Part shown: positions 45,467-55,328 of the stretch, piece by piece
Numbering within the stretch: position 1 is the first letter of the stretch
How the letters are laid out: the number at the start of each line of letters is the position of its first letter
Assembly (NCBI GenBank): GCA_040399625.1
Contig: JBBARV010000002.1
Coordinates: forward strand, 83,599 to 147,598
Length of the DNA: 64,000 bases
Direction of reading: 5' to 3'
Source: Candidatus Nanopelagicales bacterium
Lineage (GTDB): Bacteria; Actinomycetota; Actinomycetes; S36-B12
Program-made: the position numbers and the translations under genes
Notes under the pieces: model-generated
What the model was told of the DNA's origin: nothing
Seen by the model: the letters and a program-made list of their open reading frames with translations, nothing else
Databases searched by the model: none

Positions 45467-47047
45467 GTGAAGGCACCTCAGGGTTATCGGAGTACTGAGA
45501 AGAAGGACGCGGTAACAGGTACCGTTGCGCCCGTGCATTCATCAGATCGCGTTCTCGCAATTGACGCTGGTACTACCGGGCTGACGGCACTACTTGTTTC
45601 CCGTGAAGGGCTGATCACCGCCAAGGGTTACCAAGAATTCCCCCAGCACTTCCCCCACGAAAGTTGGGTTGAGCACGATTTAGGGGAAATGTGGAAAGCC
45701 ACCCTAGAAGCAACCAAACTCGCATTGGCCGCACACAGTTCCGAATATGGCAGCGCCCCCCAAATTGTCGCGGTCGGGATCACCAATCAACGCGAAACTG
45801 CCTGCTTTTGGGACCGTGAAACCTTGGGGTCACCCCGAAAAGCAATTGTTTGGCAAGACCGCCGAAGCGCTGAAATTTGTCAGAGGCTCATCAACTCTGG
45901 AGTCGAAGACCGGGTGCGCGAAGCCACGGGGCTGCGCCTTGACCCGTATTTCACTGCCACGAAATTAATGTGGGTGAAAGAGAATGACCCGCATACGTGG
46001 GCGCAGGTGATTTCCGGTCGAGTTGCAATCGGTACCGTTGACTCCTACTTGATTGCTCGGATGACTCGCGGGCTAGAACACGTCACCGATCACACGAATG
46101 CTTCACGGACATTGCTCTATGACATAAATTCCGGTGCTTGGAGTCCCTACCTATGTCAACTTTTTGAGGTACCCGAAGACTCGCTTCCCACGATTGTGGC
46201 CTCCTACGGAAACATCGCTCAGACTGACCCTGACGTCTTCTTAGGAATTACAGCACCCATTAGCGGGATTGCCGGTGACCAACAAGCCGCACTGGTCGGA
46301 CACGCCGGATTCAATGCGGGCGACGCTAAATGTTCCTACGGAACTGGATCCTTTCTCTTACTTCACACAGGTGAGCGAATCATTCACTCAACCCACGGAC
46401 TGCTCACCACCGTTGCTCTCGCCCACCCTGATGCTTCAGGATTCAACCGCAGAGATTTTGCACTTGAAGGATCTATCTTTGTCACCGGTGCTGCCGTTCA
46501 ATGGCTGCGTGATGGACTGGGAATAATCAAAGAGTCCTCCGAGATCGAAGAATTGGCGGGGTCAGTTCCCGATTCTGGAGGTGTCATGTTCGTCCCGGCT
46601 CTCACCGGCTTAGCAGTACCAGATTGGGATCCCTACGCCCGCGGCCTGATCATCGGAATCAACCGTGGAACAACCGCGGCCCACATCGCCCGCGCGACCC
46701 TGGAAGGGATTGCCCTTGAAGTCCGCGATGTTATCGACTTAATGACAGCCGAGACGGGAGAAGCGCTCCCCTATTTGGCCATTGATGGTGGGGCTTCATT
46801 GAATGACCTGCTGTGCCAATTACAAGCTGACATCGCGCGCCTATTAATCAAAAGAGCCGACCAAGTAGAAATAACTGGTCTGGGTGCTGCATTCCTGGCC
46901 GGACTCGGAGTTGGTTTTTGGAGTGGCACCGAAGAAATTTCACACTTGGCACGAATCTCCGGGGAATTTTCACCACAGGTTGAGCGTGAAGGTCTCCACG
47001 TTCAATGGCGCGACGCTATCTCGCGTTGTTTGAACTGGGCGAACTAA
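45467..47047 (+). CDS. glpK: Glycerol kinase
   Basis: LAIDAGTTG and GITNQRET, FGGY kinase family. The start is uncertain: GTG 45467 or in-frame GTG 45533. Confidence 0.88.
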   Translation: MKAPQGYRSTEKKDAVTGTVAPVHSSDRVLAIDAGTTGLTALLVSREGLITAKGYQEFPQHFPHESWVEHDLGEMWKATLEATKLALAAHSSEYGSAPQIVAVGITNQRETACFWDRETLGSPRKAIVWQDRRSAEICQRLINSGVEDRVREATGLRLDPYFTATKLMWVKENDPHTWAQVISGRVAIGTVDSYLIARMTRGLEHVTDHTNASRTLLYDINSGAWSPYLCQLFEVPEDSLPTIVASYGNIAQTDPDVFLGITAPISGIAGDQQAALVGHAGFNAGDAKCSYGTGSFLLLHTGERIIHSTHGLLTTVALAHPDASGFNRRDFALEGSIFVTGAAVQWLRDGLGIIKESSEIEELAGSVPDSGGVMFVPALTGLAVPDWDPYARGLIIGINRGTTAAHIARATLEGIALEVRDVIDLMTAETGEALPYLAIDGGASLNDLLCQLQADIARLLIKRADQVEITGLGAAFLAGLGVGFWSGTEEISHLARISGEFSPQVEREGLHVQWRDAISRCLNWAN

Positions 47048-47761
47048 TTAGCGCAGCGAACTTGCGGCATCGGCTAAATCACCTTGGGAAATAAGTTCCT
47101 TAGCGCGGGTTGCGTACATATCCACATATTCCTGGCCTGAGAGTGTCATGAGTTCATACATGACTTCATCTGTTACCGAACGCAAAACAAATCGATCATC
47201 TTCGAGTCCTTCATATCGAGCAAAACTCAAAGGTTTTCCTACCCGAATTCCCACGCGCTTAAGTCGGGGTCGTAATTTTCCGGGAGGCTGAATCTCATAT
47301 GTGTTGATCATTGCGATCGGAATAATCGGGACCTGGGCTTCAAGAGCCATTCGGGCAAGGCCAGTCTTGCCGCGATACAGGATTCCATTGGGTGAACGGG
47401 TGCCCTCGGGGTAGATTCCTAAAATATTGCCAGCGTTCAAAACACGGAGCGCTGTGTGAATTGCCGCCTCTGAGGCTCGGCCACCGGAGCGATCAACAGG
47501 TAGTTGACCCACCCCTCGCATAAACAACTTAGTGAGATACCCCTTGATTCCTTTGCCGGTAAAATAGTCACTTTTGGCGAGATAAGCCATGGGTCGTTTT
47601 GCGACTATCGCCAAATAGAAAGAATCCGAAAAACTCAAATGGTTACTGGCCAAAATGACTCCACCTGATGCTGGAATATTTTCTTGACCTTCGGCCCATG
47701 GTCGGAAGAGAATTTTGAGCCACGGCCCAATCAGAATGTGCTTAAAAAACCAATACAGCAC
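47048..47761 (-). CDS. plsC: 1-acyl-sn-glycerol-3-phosphate acyltransferase
   Basis: 237 aa with NHLSFSD (HX4D) and YPEGTRS motifs. Confidence 0.85.
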   Translation of the reverse strand: MLYWFFKHILIGPWLKILFRPWAEGQENIPASGGVILASNHLSFSDSFYLAIVAKRPMAYLAKSDYFTGKGIKGYLTKLFMRGVGQLPVDRSGGRASEAAIHTALRVLNAGNILGIYPEGTRSPNGILYRGKTGLARMALEAQVPIIPIAMINTYEIQPPGKLRPRLKRVGIRVGKPLSFARYEGLEDDRFVLRSVTDEVMYELMTLSGQEYVDMYATRAKELISQGDLADAASSLR

Positions 47762-47903
47762 CCGCTCACCTCCATTTACTATTTGTAGGAATTGCTGAAG
47801 CCTAAGGGTTCACCCGGTAGCCAAATTTTGGCGGTCCGCAGCCTCTACCTGATCTTAGGCGTACGCTCTCTCAAGTAGCGTCACAATGGATCGGGAGGTC
47901 CCA

Positions 47904-48665
47904 ATGCCACTTGCACCAGGCGCACAGCCGTGGAGCATCGACCCAGCCGGTCCAGCCGCACGAATCGGCGTTCTTCTCATTCATGGTTTCACCGGTTCAC
48001 CGGCCTCGATGACCCCATGGGGCAAGGCACTTTCTCAGAACGGTTGGTCGATTCGGGTACCCCGCCTCCCCGGACACGGATCACGCTGGCAGGACATGAA
48101 CCTGACGACCTGGGAGGACTGGTACGCCGAATCAGAACGCAACTTACGCGAGTTGCAAGCTAAATGCGACCACGTATTCATTTGCGGCCTCTCCATGGGT
48201 GGGTCCCTAACCCTCAGGCTCGCAGAGCAACACGGTAGTGAAATTTCTGGGATCGTATTAGTGAACCCCGCCGTTCACTCTGAGCGAGCCGATCGACATT
48301 TGCTTCCCATTGTTTCACGACTGTTTAAATCTTTCCCCGGAATTTCCAACGATATTGCCAAACCCGGCCAAGACGAGGTTGCCTACGGAAAACTGCCGTT
48401 GAAGGCGGCCTCCTCACTTGCCCAACTGTGGAAATTAGTGAAAAGCGATATAAGCAAAGTCAATCAACCTGTGTTACTTTTTCGAAGTCTGCAAGATCAC
48501 GTTGTTGAGGCATCGAACGCACAATGGATTCTTGCTCAGGTTTCGAGTACCGACAAGAAAGAAATTCTTTTGGAGAATTCATTTCATGTCGCGACATTGG
48601 ACTATGACGCAGAACTCATTGAGACCCGGAGCGCTGACTTCATCAAGCGCCTCATCAACGGGTAA
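47904..48665 (+). CDS. Alpha/beta hydrolase (carboxylesterase/monoacylglycerol lipase-like)
   Basis: HGFTGSP oxyanion region and GLSMGG nucleophile elbow. ATG 47904 is preceded by GGAGG; the ORF track begins at 47886. Confidence 0.75.
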   Translation: MPLAPGAQPWSIDPAGPAARIGVLLIHGFTGSPASMTPWGKALSQNGWSIRVPRLPGHGSRWQDMNLTTWEDWYAESERNLRELQAKCDHVFICGLSMGGSLTLRLAEQHGSEISGIVLVNPAVHSERADRHLLPIVSRLFKSFPGISNDIAKPGQDEVAYGKLPLKAASSLAQLWKLVKSDISKVNQPVLLFRSLQDHVVEASNAQWILAQVSSTDKKEILLENSFHVATLDYDAELIETRSADFIKRLING

Positions 48666-48679
48666 TCGGAAATCACCCC

Positions 48680-49099
48680 ATGACAATCACGCCTCCGGGT
48701 CCGGAGGAATCTCAAGAGCCAGATAAAAATAATGAGGCATGGGATGCAATTGTTGCCGATCTCAGCGGCCAAATTGATCTAGGACCTCATTTTCGCAGTG
48801 AACCCACACCGCAGGAATTAATTCCCGAGCGCGACTACATTGACGAGTATTTTGATGAGGGATACGTACCTCCCGAGCCACCGCAACTCACGGCCCCAAC
48901 TGATGCAATTGCACGTTTCGCCTGGGCCGGCGTATTAGGCGGACCGGTGATCTTGCTCTTGAGTTTTGCACTTGGCCTTGGTGGCGTAATTACTACAACA
49001 GGATTCATTGCGACCATCGGTGGCTTCGCATTCCTCATGTCAAAACGAGACAAACATGTTCCCCCAGGTGAAGATTACGGTGATGGCGCGGTCATCTGA
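48680..49099 (+). CDS. Hypothetical membrane protein (acidic N-terminus, two C-terminal TM helices)
   Basis: 139-aa ORF with hydrophobic segments FAWAGVLGGPVILLLSFALGLGGVITTTGFIATIGGFAFL. No family recognised. Confidence 0.5.
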   Translation: MTITPPGPEESQEPDKNNEAWDAIVADLSGQIDLGPHFRSEPTPQELIPERDYIDEYFDEGYVPPEPPQLTAPTDAIARFAWAGVLGGPVILLLSFALGLGGVITTTGFIATIGGFAFLMSKRDKHVPPGEDYGDGAVI

Positions 49100-49116
49100 T
49101 AAAAGCGCTCCTGCCA

Positions 49117-49365
49117 TTATTCCTGCGGCTGTTGACTTCTCACAATAGGCAGCCAACGAATTTCGTCTACGTTGGAGCCGCCCGTATGTGCTCCGCGTAC
49201 CCCACTTTTGATCCCGACCCCACCCAACATTGTCAATAGGGGTGCAATATCCAGGCCAGTAATTTCACTCGGCATTAGTTCTGTTATTGATACCGGTGCC
49301 CCCATTGAATTGAGCCAGCTACCGAGATCACTCGTCGGTTTTTTATCTTTGTTGTCTTCGCTCAT
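49117..49365 (-). CDS. Hypothetical small protein
   Basis: 82 aa from ATG 49365, which forms an ATGA overlap with the upstream gene's stop. No family recognised. Confidence 0.45.
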   Translation of the reverse strand: MSEDNKDKKPTSDLGSWLNSMGAPVSITELMPSEITGLDIAPLLTMLGGVGIKSGVRGAHTGGSNVDEIRWLPIVRSQQPQE

Positions 49366-50174
49366 GATCGGGGCCACTCACTTTCTTTGACAACGAAGTC
49401 AATCTCGAATTTATTCTTGGAAAGCAGGACAGATCCAGGTTCCATGCGTGAACATGCTGCAGGAAGCTCTAAAAAACGGCGGACACCACCTACATCAACT
49501 ACCAATTGATTACGGACAAGACCGACTGCCGGCTTGCAAGCTCCAACGCCATTCCATTTAACGCGGAACACAAATTTCAATCCCTCCCTTTCTAGGAGGA
49601 CGCCACTAGCACTGAAGACTCGAATTGATTCATATTTTGACGCCCACTTCTTTGATAGTGACTCTCGATTCGAAGTGGACCACGCCCGTTGTAGTTGCCA
49701 TGAATCGCACGCAACTCCAACAAGGGCGAGCTGGGTGAGTGATCTGAATAAGGCTTTCGTACTCGGTAAATTATGGGTAAAGTCAAGTTGCAGTTGCGCC
49801 CCCTGCGCCCGAATTCGAGCCTGCTGCATTTCATAGACTAATTGCAAAAGGTGAATCCGTGCATCGCTTTTGCCTAATCCACACCAAATTGCAAACTCCT
49901 CCGAGTCCATATGATTGAGGGCGATTGCAATCGAATCCAGATCGCTGAGAGCTTGAGCCAAATGTTGCACTGATTCAAACTCAAAATGATCAGAAGACGT
50001 CAGTAAGGAGTACACGCCTCGAGACAGATTCAGTTCGCTCAGCAGTCCCTTAGAGGGCTTGAAAAAACCAAATGGTTGTGCCAAAGCTCCGAAGAAATGT
50101 GAAACAACATCAAGTGGGGTTGCCGAACCCCTTTTGGGTTCGGTCCCGCAGGTAATTACCAGGCTAGGTGACAC
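49362..50174 (-). CDS. ArsA-family-related protein lacking a P-loop, with C-terminal ArsA-HSP20-like domain
   Basis: 270 aa, GTG start. The C-terminal ...QLVVDVGGVRRFLELPAACSRMEPGSVLLSKNKFEIDFV resembles the HSP20-like tail of ArsA/Get3-type ATPases. Occupies the Rv2184c position. No GxxGxGK[ST] motif is visible. Confidence 0.45.
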   Translation of the reverse strand: MSPSLVITCGTEPKRGSATPLDVVSHFFGALAQPFGFFKPSKGLLSELNLSRGVYSLLTSSDHFEFESVQHLAQALSDLDSIAIALNHMDSEEFAIWCGLGKSDARIHLLQLVYEMQQARIRAQGAQLQLDFTHNLPSTKALFRSLTQLALVGVACDSWQLQRAWSTSNRESLSKKWASKYESIRVFSASGVLLEREGLKFVFRVKWNGVGACKPAVGLVRNQLVVDVGGVRRFLELPAACSRMEPGSVLLSKNKFEIDFVVKESEWPRS

Positions 50175-50637
50175 TTCCGGCGCCCGATTCCACGCGCGTT
50201 TTCAAACCTTTGAGTGCCGTGTCGACAATGACCTTCTCGGCTTTGCGTTTTAACATTCCGATCATCGGAATTTTCACATCTACTTGTAACCGGTAATGCA
50301 CCGTTGTGCTGCCATTGCCATTGTCCGTCAATTCGTATTCGCCATCCATCGCTGTCAGCATTTCGGCAGTGGTCAAAGTCCAGGTTACTTTCCGATTTCC
50401 GTCCCAGTCATATTCCAGCTCGTAAGTGTCTTTGATGGGGCCGGATGCAAGGGAAAAGCGGGCATCGGCTGGGCGGTTGTCATCTTCGTATTTACTTAAC
50501 ACGGTGACCGATGTGATTCCATCGCTCCATTGCGGATACGCGGGAAGGTCCGCGATAACTTCCATGATCTGCGCGGGGCTCGCGTTAATGGAGATACTGG
50601 ACTCGGTCTGTTCAGCCATGGGAGCACGGTACTCCAC
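50164..50637 (-). CDS. SRPBCC-family protein (Rv2185c/TB16.3-like)
   Basis: SISINASPAQIMEVIADLPAYPQWSDG...; typical length. Start is GTG 50637 or ATG 50619. Confidence 0.7.
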   Translation of the reverse strand: MEYRAPMAEQTESSISINASPAQIMEVIADLPAYPQWSDGITSVTVLSKYEDDNRPADARFSLASGPIKDTYELEYDWDGNRKVTWTLTTAEMLTAMDGEYELTDNGNGSTTVHYRLQVDVKIPMIGMLKRKAEKVIVDTALKGLKTRVESGAGSVT

Positions 50638-50700
50638 CGGCAGAGTGCACTGTTCACGACAACGATTGCCGGCTGCAAACGTCGAACCTAGGCATTGAAT

Positions 50701-51480
50701 TTAGATATCAATGGTGAATGGGAGCTTGCGACCGTGGAAGTGGCCGACATTGATGCATTCGGTGGTCCCAATTCGCAGCCGTGAGCGCTGGGGTTGGTGT
50801 ACGTGTCCAAAAAAGTGATACCTAGGCGAATATTGCTGGATGTAGCTAGTGATTGCCGCCGAGCCGATTTCAAACCTACGCGCAACCGTGTCGTAGTTGA
50901 GCAAAGGGTGGAGCGGTGGGATGTGGGTAAAAAGAATGTCAACCGGCCCCATCGCAAAAAGTTTGTCCCAATATTCCTCCGGCTCCAGTTCATAAGGAGT
51001 GCGCATGGGGCTTTTCAGCCCGCCGCCAAGAAAACCCCACCTTTGTCCATTCATCTCAATGACTTCACCGTCAAGCACCTGATGCTCGGGGCGCAGATAT
51101 GCGGGCCACAAAGCCGGCACGTCGACGTTGCCGTAAGTCAATAACGCAGGTGTAGGCATTGCGGCAAACATCACTTCATATTGCTCACGGACTTTCTGCT
51201 GTAATACATTCCAGCGCTCCTCCGGCTCGGTGACGCCAATTCCACGCCAGGCGCCATCACTGAACTCTCGGGCTTGCTCGAATTGATTGGCCGTTCGCAG
51301 AGCGATGTATGTCTTTGCGTAATCCGCTCCAAAAAGGTCGGCGTAAACCCCATGTTCGGGCTCGTCGTAATCCAAGAAAAGAATTAAATCTCCCAAGCAG
51401 ACAAATACATCGCAATTCTTGGCAGCCGTTGCGATCGCAGCCGTGGCACCGTGCACATCACTGACAATATTCAGGCGCAT
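50701..51480 (-). CDS. Metallophosphoesterase (calcineurin-like)
   Basis: MRLNIVSDVHG, ...CLGDL..., ...GNVD..., ...GHVH... metal-binding motifs in canonical order. Confidence 0.8.
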   Translation of the reverse strand: MRLNIVSDVHGATAAIATAAKNCDVFVCLGDLILFLDYDEPEHGVYADLFGADYAKTYIALRTANQFEQAREFSDGAWRGIGVTEPEERWNVLQQKVREQYEVMFAAMPTPALLTYGNVDVPALWPAYLRPEHQVLDGEVIEMNGQRWGFLGGGLKSPMRTPYELEPEEYWDKLFAMGPVDILFTHIPPLHPLLNYDTVARRFEIGSAAITSYIQQYSPRYHFFGHVHQPQRSRLRIGTTECINVGHFHGRKLPFTIDI

Positions 51481-51489
51481 TGGCGCACC

Positions 51490-51921
51490 TTAGACATAGT
51501 GATTCTCCAGACTATCTTTGAGTGCCCAGACGGAACGTTTCCACTGGAGAACATGACGCTCGCGCAATTTGTGGATTTCACGCTGCTCCCGCGCTGAATT
51601 CGTCAAGGTTCGCGGATGAATCTCGCTCCCGCTACGGGTGGGATTAGCGCGCAGGTAGTAATGAACAATTGTGGCGGCCTCACCGGCAAATGCTGTATCA
51701 ATTGCTTCAAGCCAAATCTCACTAGATCCCACCAGTGCCCCGGTCACGGTCCAGCGCAGCCCCTTGTCCCCGCGATCCCCGTACACTTCCAATGTGAGCT
51801 TGGGCCACCAACGGACCCACGTGGATTTTTCACGAATAATTCCGATCAGCTCACTAATCGGGGCGTAAATCATCGTGTCATCGGCTATATCGATCACAAA
51901 ATGGTCAACCTTTAGAGTCAT
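51490..51921 (-). CDS. Hypothetical protein, possibly SRPBCC-like
   Basis: 143-aa ORF in the Rv2186c position. Weak resemblance to polyketide cyclase/START folds; not verified. Confidence 0.4.
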   Translation of the reverse strand: MTLKVDHFVIDIADDTMIYAPISELIGIIREKSTWVRWWPKLTLEVYGDRGDKGLRWTVTGALVGSSEIWLEAIDTAFAGEAATIVHYYLRANPTRSGSEIHPRTLTNSAREQREIHKLRERHVLQWKRSVWALKDSLENHYV

Positions 51922-52055
51922 CTTCTCACTTCTTTTTTTTCACTCAGCACCCAATAGTAACCTGAAAAATTTTTCTCGTCTTATGGCACTTTGGCTGTAA
52001 TTCGCGTAGTTTAAGAGGCAGGTTCATCAACCGACCCGAGGAAAGGATTTACCAC

Positions 52056-53852
52056 ATGCTCACCGAGTTCACCGTAGAAGCGATGGTCCCCGCACCGACG
52101 AGTGGGAACCTCACCGATCACATCCTCCAAAATGCGAAAAGTGACCCCGACAAGGTCGTTTTCTCTATTCCACGTGGGGATGCATGGGTGGGCATAACCG
52201 CATCAGATTTCTTACAGCAGGTGCAAGGTGTGGCGAAAGGGCTTATCGCCAGTGGTATTGCGGCAGGTGATCGAATCGGCGTGATGTCCCGGACACGATA
52301 CGAGTGGACCGTTGTGGATTATGCAATTTGGTATGCCGGCTGTATCAGCGTACCGATCTATGAAACTTCCTCGGCCGAGCAAGTTCAATGGATCCTGACC
52401 GATTCAGGTTCCGTCGCACTTTTCTGTGAGCGCAGTGCAAACAAAGCCGTATACGATGAAGTGTCGGTCGACACCCCCGACGTCACCCGGGTCTGGGTCT
52501 TTGAGGACAAATGCCTTGATCAATTGACCGTTGCGGGTGCCACTGTCAGCAATGACGAACTCGAGTCGCGACGGACCACACTCACTCCTGATTCCACCGC
52601 AACCATTATTTACACATCAGGCACAACGGGTCGCCCCAAGGGCTGCATGTTGACCCACAAAAACTTGATGTTTGAAGTCGACAACATCGTGGAAGGCCTC
52701 GGTGATGTTTTTCGCGGAGCGAACTCCTCCACCCTGCTTTTTCTGCCGATTGCCCACGTTTTCGGCCGGGCAGTACAGCTCGGATGCGTACGCGCCCAGG
52801 TACGCATGGGACACGCTCCAGACGTCAAAGAGTTGTTACCACTGCTGGGCTCATTTCAACCCACTTTTGTTCTTTCGGTCCCCCGAGTCTTTGAGAAGAT
52901 CTTCAACTCTTCGCAGCAAAAAGCAATCGCTGGCGGAAAAGGGAATATTTTCGATAAAGCAAGCCACGTCGCAATCGAGTACAGCGAGGCGCTAGATGAT
53001 GGTGGTCCAAGTTTGGGTCTCAAAATCAAGCATGCACTTTTTGATCGACTTGTTTACGGAAAGATTCGCGCCGCGATGGGTGGGAAAATCGAGTGGGCAA
53101 TCTCCGGTGGCGCACCCCTTGGTTCACGGCTGGGCCATTTCTTCCGCGGAATCGGTGTGACAATTCTTGAGGGCTATGGGCTCACCGAGACCTCAGCCTC
53201 GAGCACGGTTAACCGACCTGATGCAATCGGCATTGGCACGGTCGGACAACCGTTCCCTGGTTCAAGTGTGCGAATCGCATCCGACGGTGAAGTGATGCTC
53301 AAAGGTGATCACATCTTCGCCGGGTACTGGAATAACCCATCTGCTACGGCGGAAGCAATTGAACCCGACGGCTGGTTCCATAGTGGCGACATTGGCGAGA
53401 TCGACGATCGCGGTTTTGTTCGGATCACCGGACGTAAGAAGGAACTGATTGTGACCGCGGCCGGCAAAAATGTGGCCCCGGCCGTACTTGAAGACCGTTT
53501 GCGGGCCAATTTCTTGGTGGGCCAGTGCATGGTGGTCGGTGATGCTCAACCATTTATTGGTGCTTTGATCACCCTTGACCCCGAGGCAATTCCCGTTTGG
53601 CTGGCTCAGCAAGGTTTAAGTGCTTCAACGCCCATCTCTGAACTTGTCAACAATGCACTCATTCAGAGCGAAGTACAAGGCGCCGTTGACCTGGCAAACA
53701 AAGCCGTATCAAATGCCGAAGCAATTAAAAAGTTCACAATCCTGGAGACCGACTGGACTGAAGAGGGTGGACAGATGACACCTTCGCTAAAACTCAAGCG
53801 CAATGTTGTGCTCAAAGAACACGAAGCAGATATCGCCCGGATCTACGGCTAA
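52056..53852 (+). CDS. fadD: Long-chain fatty-acid--CoA ligase (AMP-forming)
   Basis: 598 aa with AMP-binding motif IIYTSGTTGRPKG, plus GYGLTET and TGDIG-like (SGDIGE) motifs. Occupies the fadD15 position. Confidence 0.88.
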   Translation: MLTEFTVEAMVPAPTSGNLTDHILQNAKSDPDKVVFSIPRGDAWVGITASDFLQQVQGVAKGLIASGIAAGDRIGVMSRTRYEWTVVDYAIWYAGCISVPIYETSSAEQVQWILTDSGSVALFCERSANKAVYDEVSVDTPDVTRVWVFEDKCLDQLTVAGATVSNDELESRRTTLTPDSTATIIYTSGTTGRPKGCMLTHKNLMFEVDNIVEGLGDVFRGANSSTLLFLPIAHVFGRAVQLGCVRAQVRMGHAPDVKELLPLLGSFQPTFVLSVPRVFEKIFNSSQQKAIAGGKGNIFDKASHVAIEYSEALDDGGPSLGLKIKHALFDRLVYGKIRAAMGGKIEWAISGGAPLGSRLGHFFRGIGVTILEGYGLTETSASSTVNRPDAIGIGTVGQPFPGSSVRIASDGEVMLKGDHIFAGYWNNPSATAEAIEPDGWFHSGDIGEIDDRGFVRITGRKKELIVTAAGKNVAPAVLEDRLRANFLVGQCMVVGDAQPFIGALITLDPEAIPVWLAQQGLSASTPISELVNNALIQSEVQGAVDLANKAVSNAEAIKKFTILETDWTEEGGQMTPSLKLKRNVVLKEHEADIARIYG

Positions 53853-53885
53853 ACCCTCGGTTACGGCCTAGTTGGTTTAGCGGTG

Positions 53886-54947
53886 TTAACCGATTACTCG
53901 GCCGATACCGCTGAACCTCGAGTTGTACCAAGGACCCATGACGTCACTGACGAGTACACCGCTGCTCGGATTGGCCGCGTGCACCATTTTGCCATTTCCA
54001 ATGTAAAGGCCCACGTGATGAGCACCGCTGCCAAAGTAGAAGACTAGATCCCCAGGCTGCGCCTGGCTCAACGAAACCCTGCGGGTTGTTGAGTACTGCG
54101 AACGGCTGTAGTGGGGCAGCGACACACCGGCTTGGCGCCAAGCCGTCATGGTGAGACCTGAGCAATCAAATGAACTCGGGCCACTTGCTGCAGCGACGTA
54201 ACGGTCGCCCACTTGGGATAGTGCGTACTGCACGACCCGTGCAATGCGACCACTTCCCGTGAATCCACCACCGGATGAACCGCCGCCCGAACTTATTGCA
54301 GCCGAGGCGGCTCGTGCAGCGGCAAGAGCTGCAGCCCGCTCGCTGGCGGCCATTGCGGCAATACGGCGTCGTTCACTTGCCTCGAGATTGGCCAAAATTG
54401 CTTGGGCATCGCGATAGCGATCATTCGCCTCTGACTTTGAATCGCCCATTTCTGAACGGACTTTTTTAGCGGCAGTTTCTTTGTCGAGCATGGCCGCTTC
54501 AGTCTGGGCAAGGCGAAGACGTGTTGTCTGGCTGCCACGGATTGCCGAGGCTTGACCTTTTTGAACTTGGTCGAGCGCTGCGGCTTGTGAAAGGAACTGG
54601 TTGGGATCCTCAGCGAGCAACACCTGTAGGGAAGTGTCTATCCCACCCGATGTGTAGGTGGCTCGAGCTAGATCATCAACTGAACCCATGATTTGGTTGA
54701 GTTCTTTTCGCTCGCGCTTGGCTTTGGCTTTCAGAGTATCCAGCTGCTTCTGGATCCCACCGAGGCGATTGCGAGCATCGTTGTAACGCTCATTGGCTGC
54801 TTCGGCTTTTCCTTGCAAATCCATGACCTGCATGCGCACCTGCTGCAGATTTGGCGCGGCTTGTGCGGGAGCGGAGACAAAACCTGGGAATAACAGAGCC
54901 GCAATCGCAACGGAGATCCCGCTAACTCGATATGCCTTCTGCTTCAC
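53886..54947 (-). CDS. NlpC/P60 peptidoglycan endopeptidase with N-terminal coiled coil (RipC-like)
   Basis: Signal peptide, a long coiled-coil region, an Ala/Gly/Ser linker, and a C-terminal FDCSGLT...HHVGLYIGNGKMVHA catalytic Cys/His domain. Confidence 0.88.
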   Translation of the reverse strand: MKQKAYRVSGISVAIAALLFPGFVSAPAQAAPNLQQVRMQVMDLQGKAEAANERYNDARNRLGGIQKQLDTLKAKAKRERKELNQIMGSVDDLARATYTSGGIDTSLQVLLAEDPNQFLSQAAALDQVQKGQASAIRGSQTTRLRLAQTEAAMLDKETAAKKVRSEMGDSKSEANDRYRDAQAILANLEASERRRIAAMAASERAAALAAARAASAAISSGGGSSGGGFTGSGRIARVVQYALSQVGDRYVAAASGPSSFDCSGLTMTAWRQAGVSLPHYSRSQYSTTRRVSLSQAQPGDLVFYFGSGAHHVGLYIGNGKMVHAANPSSGVLVSDVMGPWYNSRFSGIGRVIG

Positions 54948-55082
54948 AAACTCTCCACTCGGTTCGTCACTCTGTAATCTGCCCCATCTTCGGACGCTTC
55001 TCAGAAACGCTTCGTTCCCAAAAAGGTAACAGATTGATGTCGATCCGACCAGAGAGACCCTGATCTTTACTAGAACAAAAGT

Positions 55083-55280
55083 CTAACCCACCTGGGATTT
55101 CGGGGTAACCAGCCGAAGGGGTGGAACCAGACCCGAACGGGCCAAAACCCCAATGGCTGCAAGGTGATCTTCTGCTACCTCCGGCGCCCGCAAAAATTCT
55201 GGCTCCCCTAGCAACACCGTGACAATGCAATCGCCACAAGCCGCGCCAGCTACCACACATGTACCGCAATCAATAACCAT
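55083..55280 (-). CDS. Small Cys4 protein (C-x2-C-x6-C-x2-C)
   Basis: 65 aa beginning MVIDCGTCVVAGAACGDCIVTVLLG.... Same strand as the endopeptidase gene and upstream of it. No family name known to me. Confidence 0.45.
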   Translation of the reverse strand: MVIDCGTCVVAGAACGDCIVTVLLGEPEFLRAPEVAEDHLAAIGVLARSGLVPPLRLVTPKSQVG

Positions 55281-55328
55281 GCCAACAGGCTAAATGCCCC
55301 CACTGACATCGAGAAATATCAGAACTTG

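Noticed and set aside
54948-55082. Possible ydaO/c-di-AMP riboswitch in the 135-nt region upstream of the NlpC/P60 gene (a common context in Actinobacteria)
   Set aside because: I could not find the conserved ydaO core features or its pseudo-two-fold architecture by eye. Only a 7-bp direct repeat, ACGCTTC-6 nt-ACGCTTC, is present. A cmsearch would be needed to exclude it formally.
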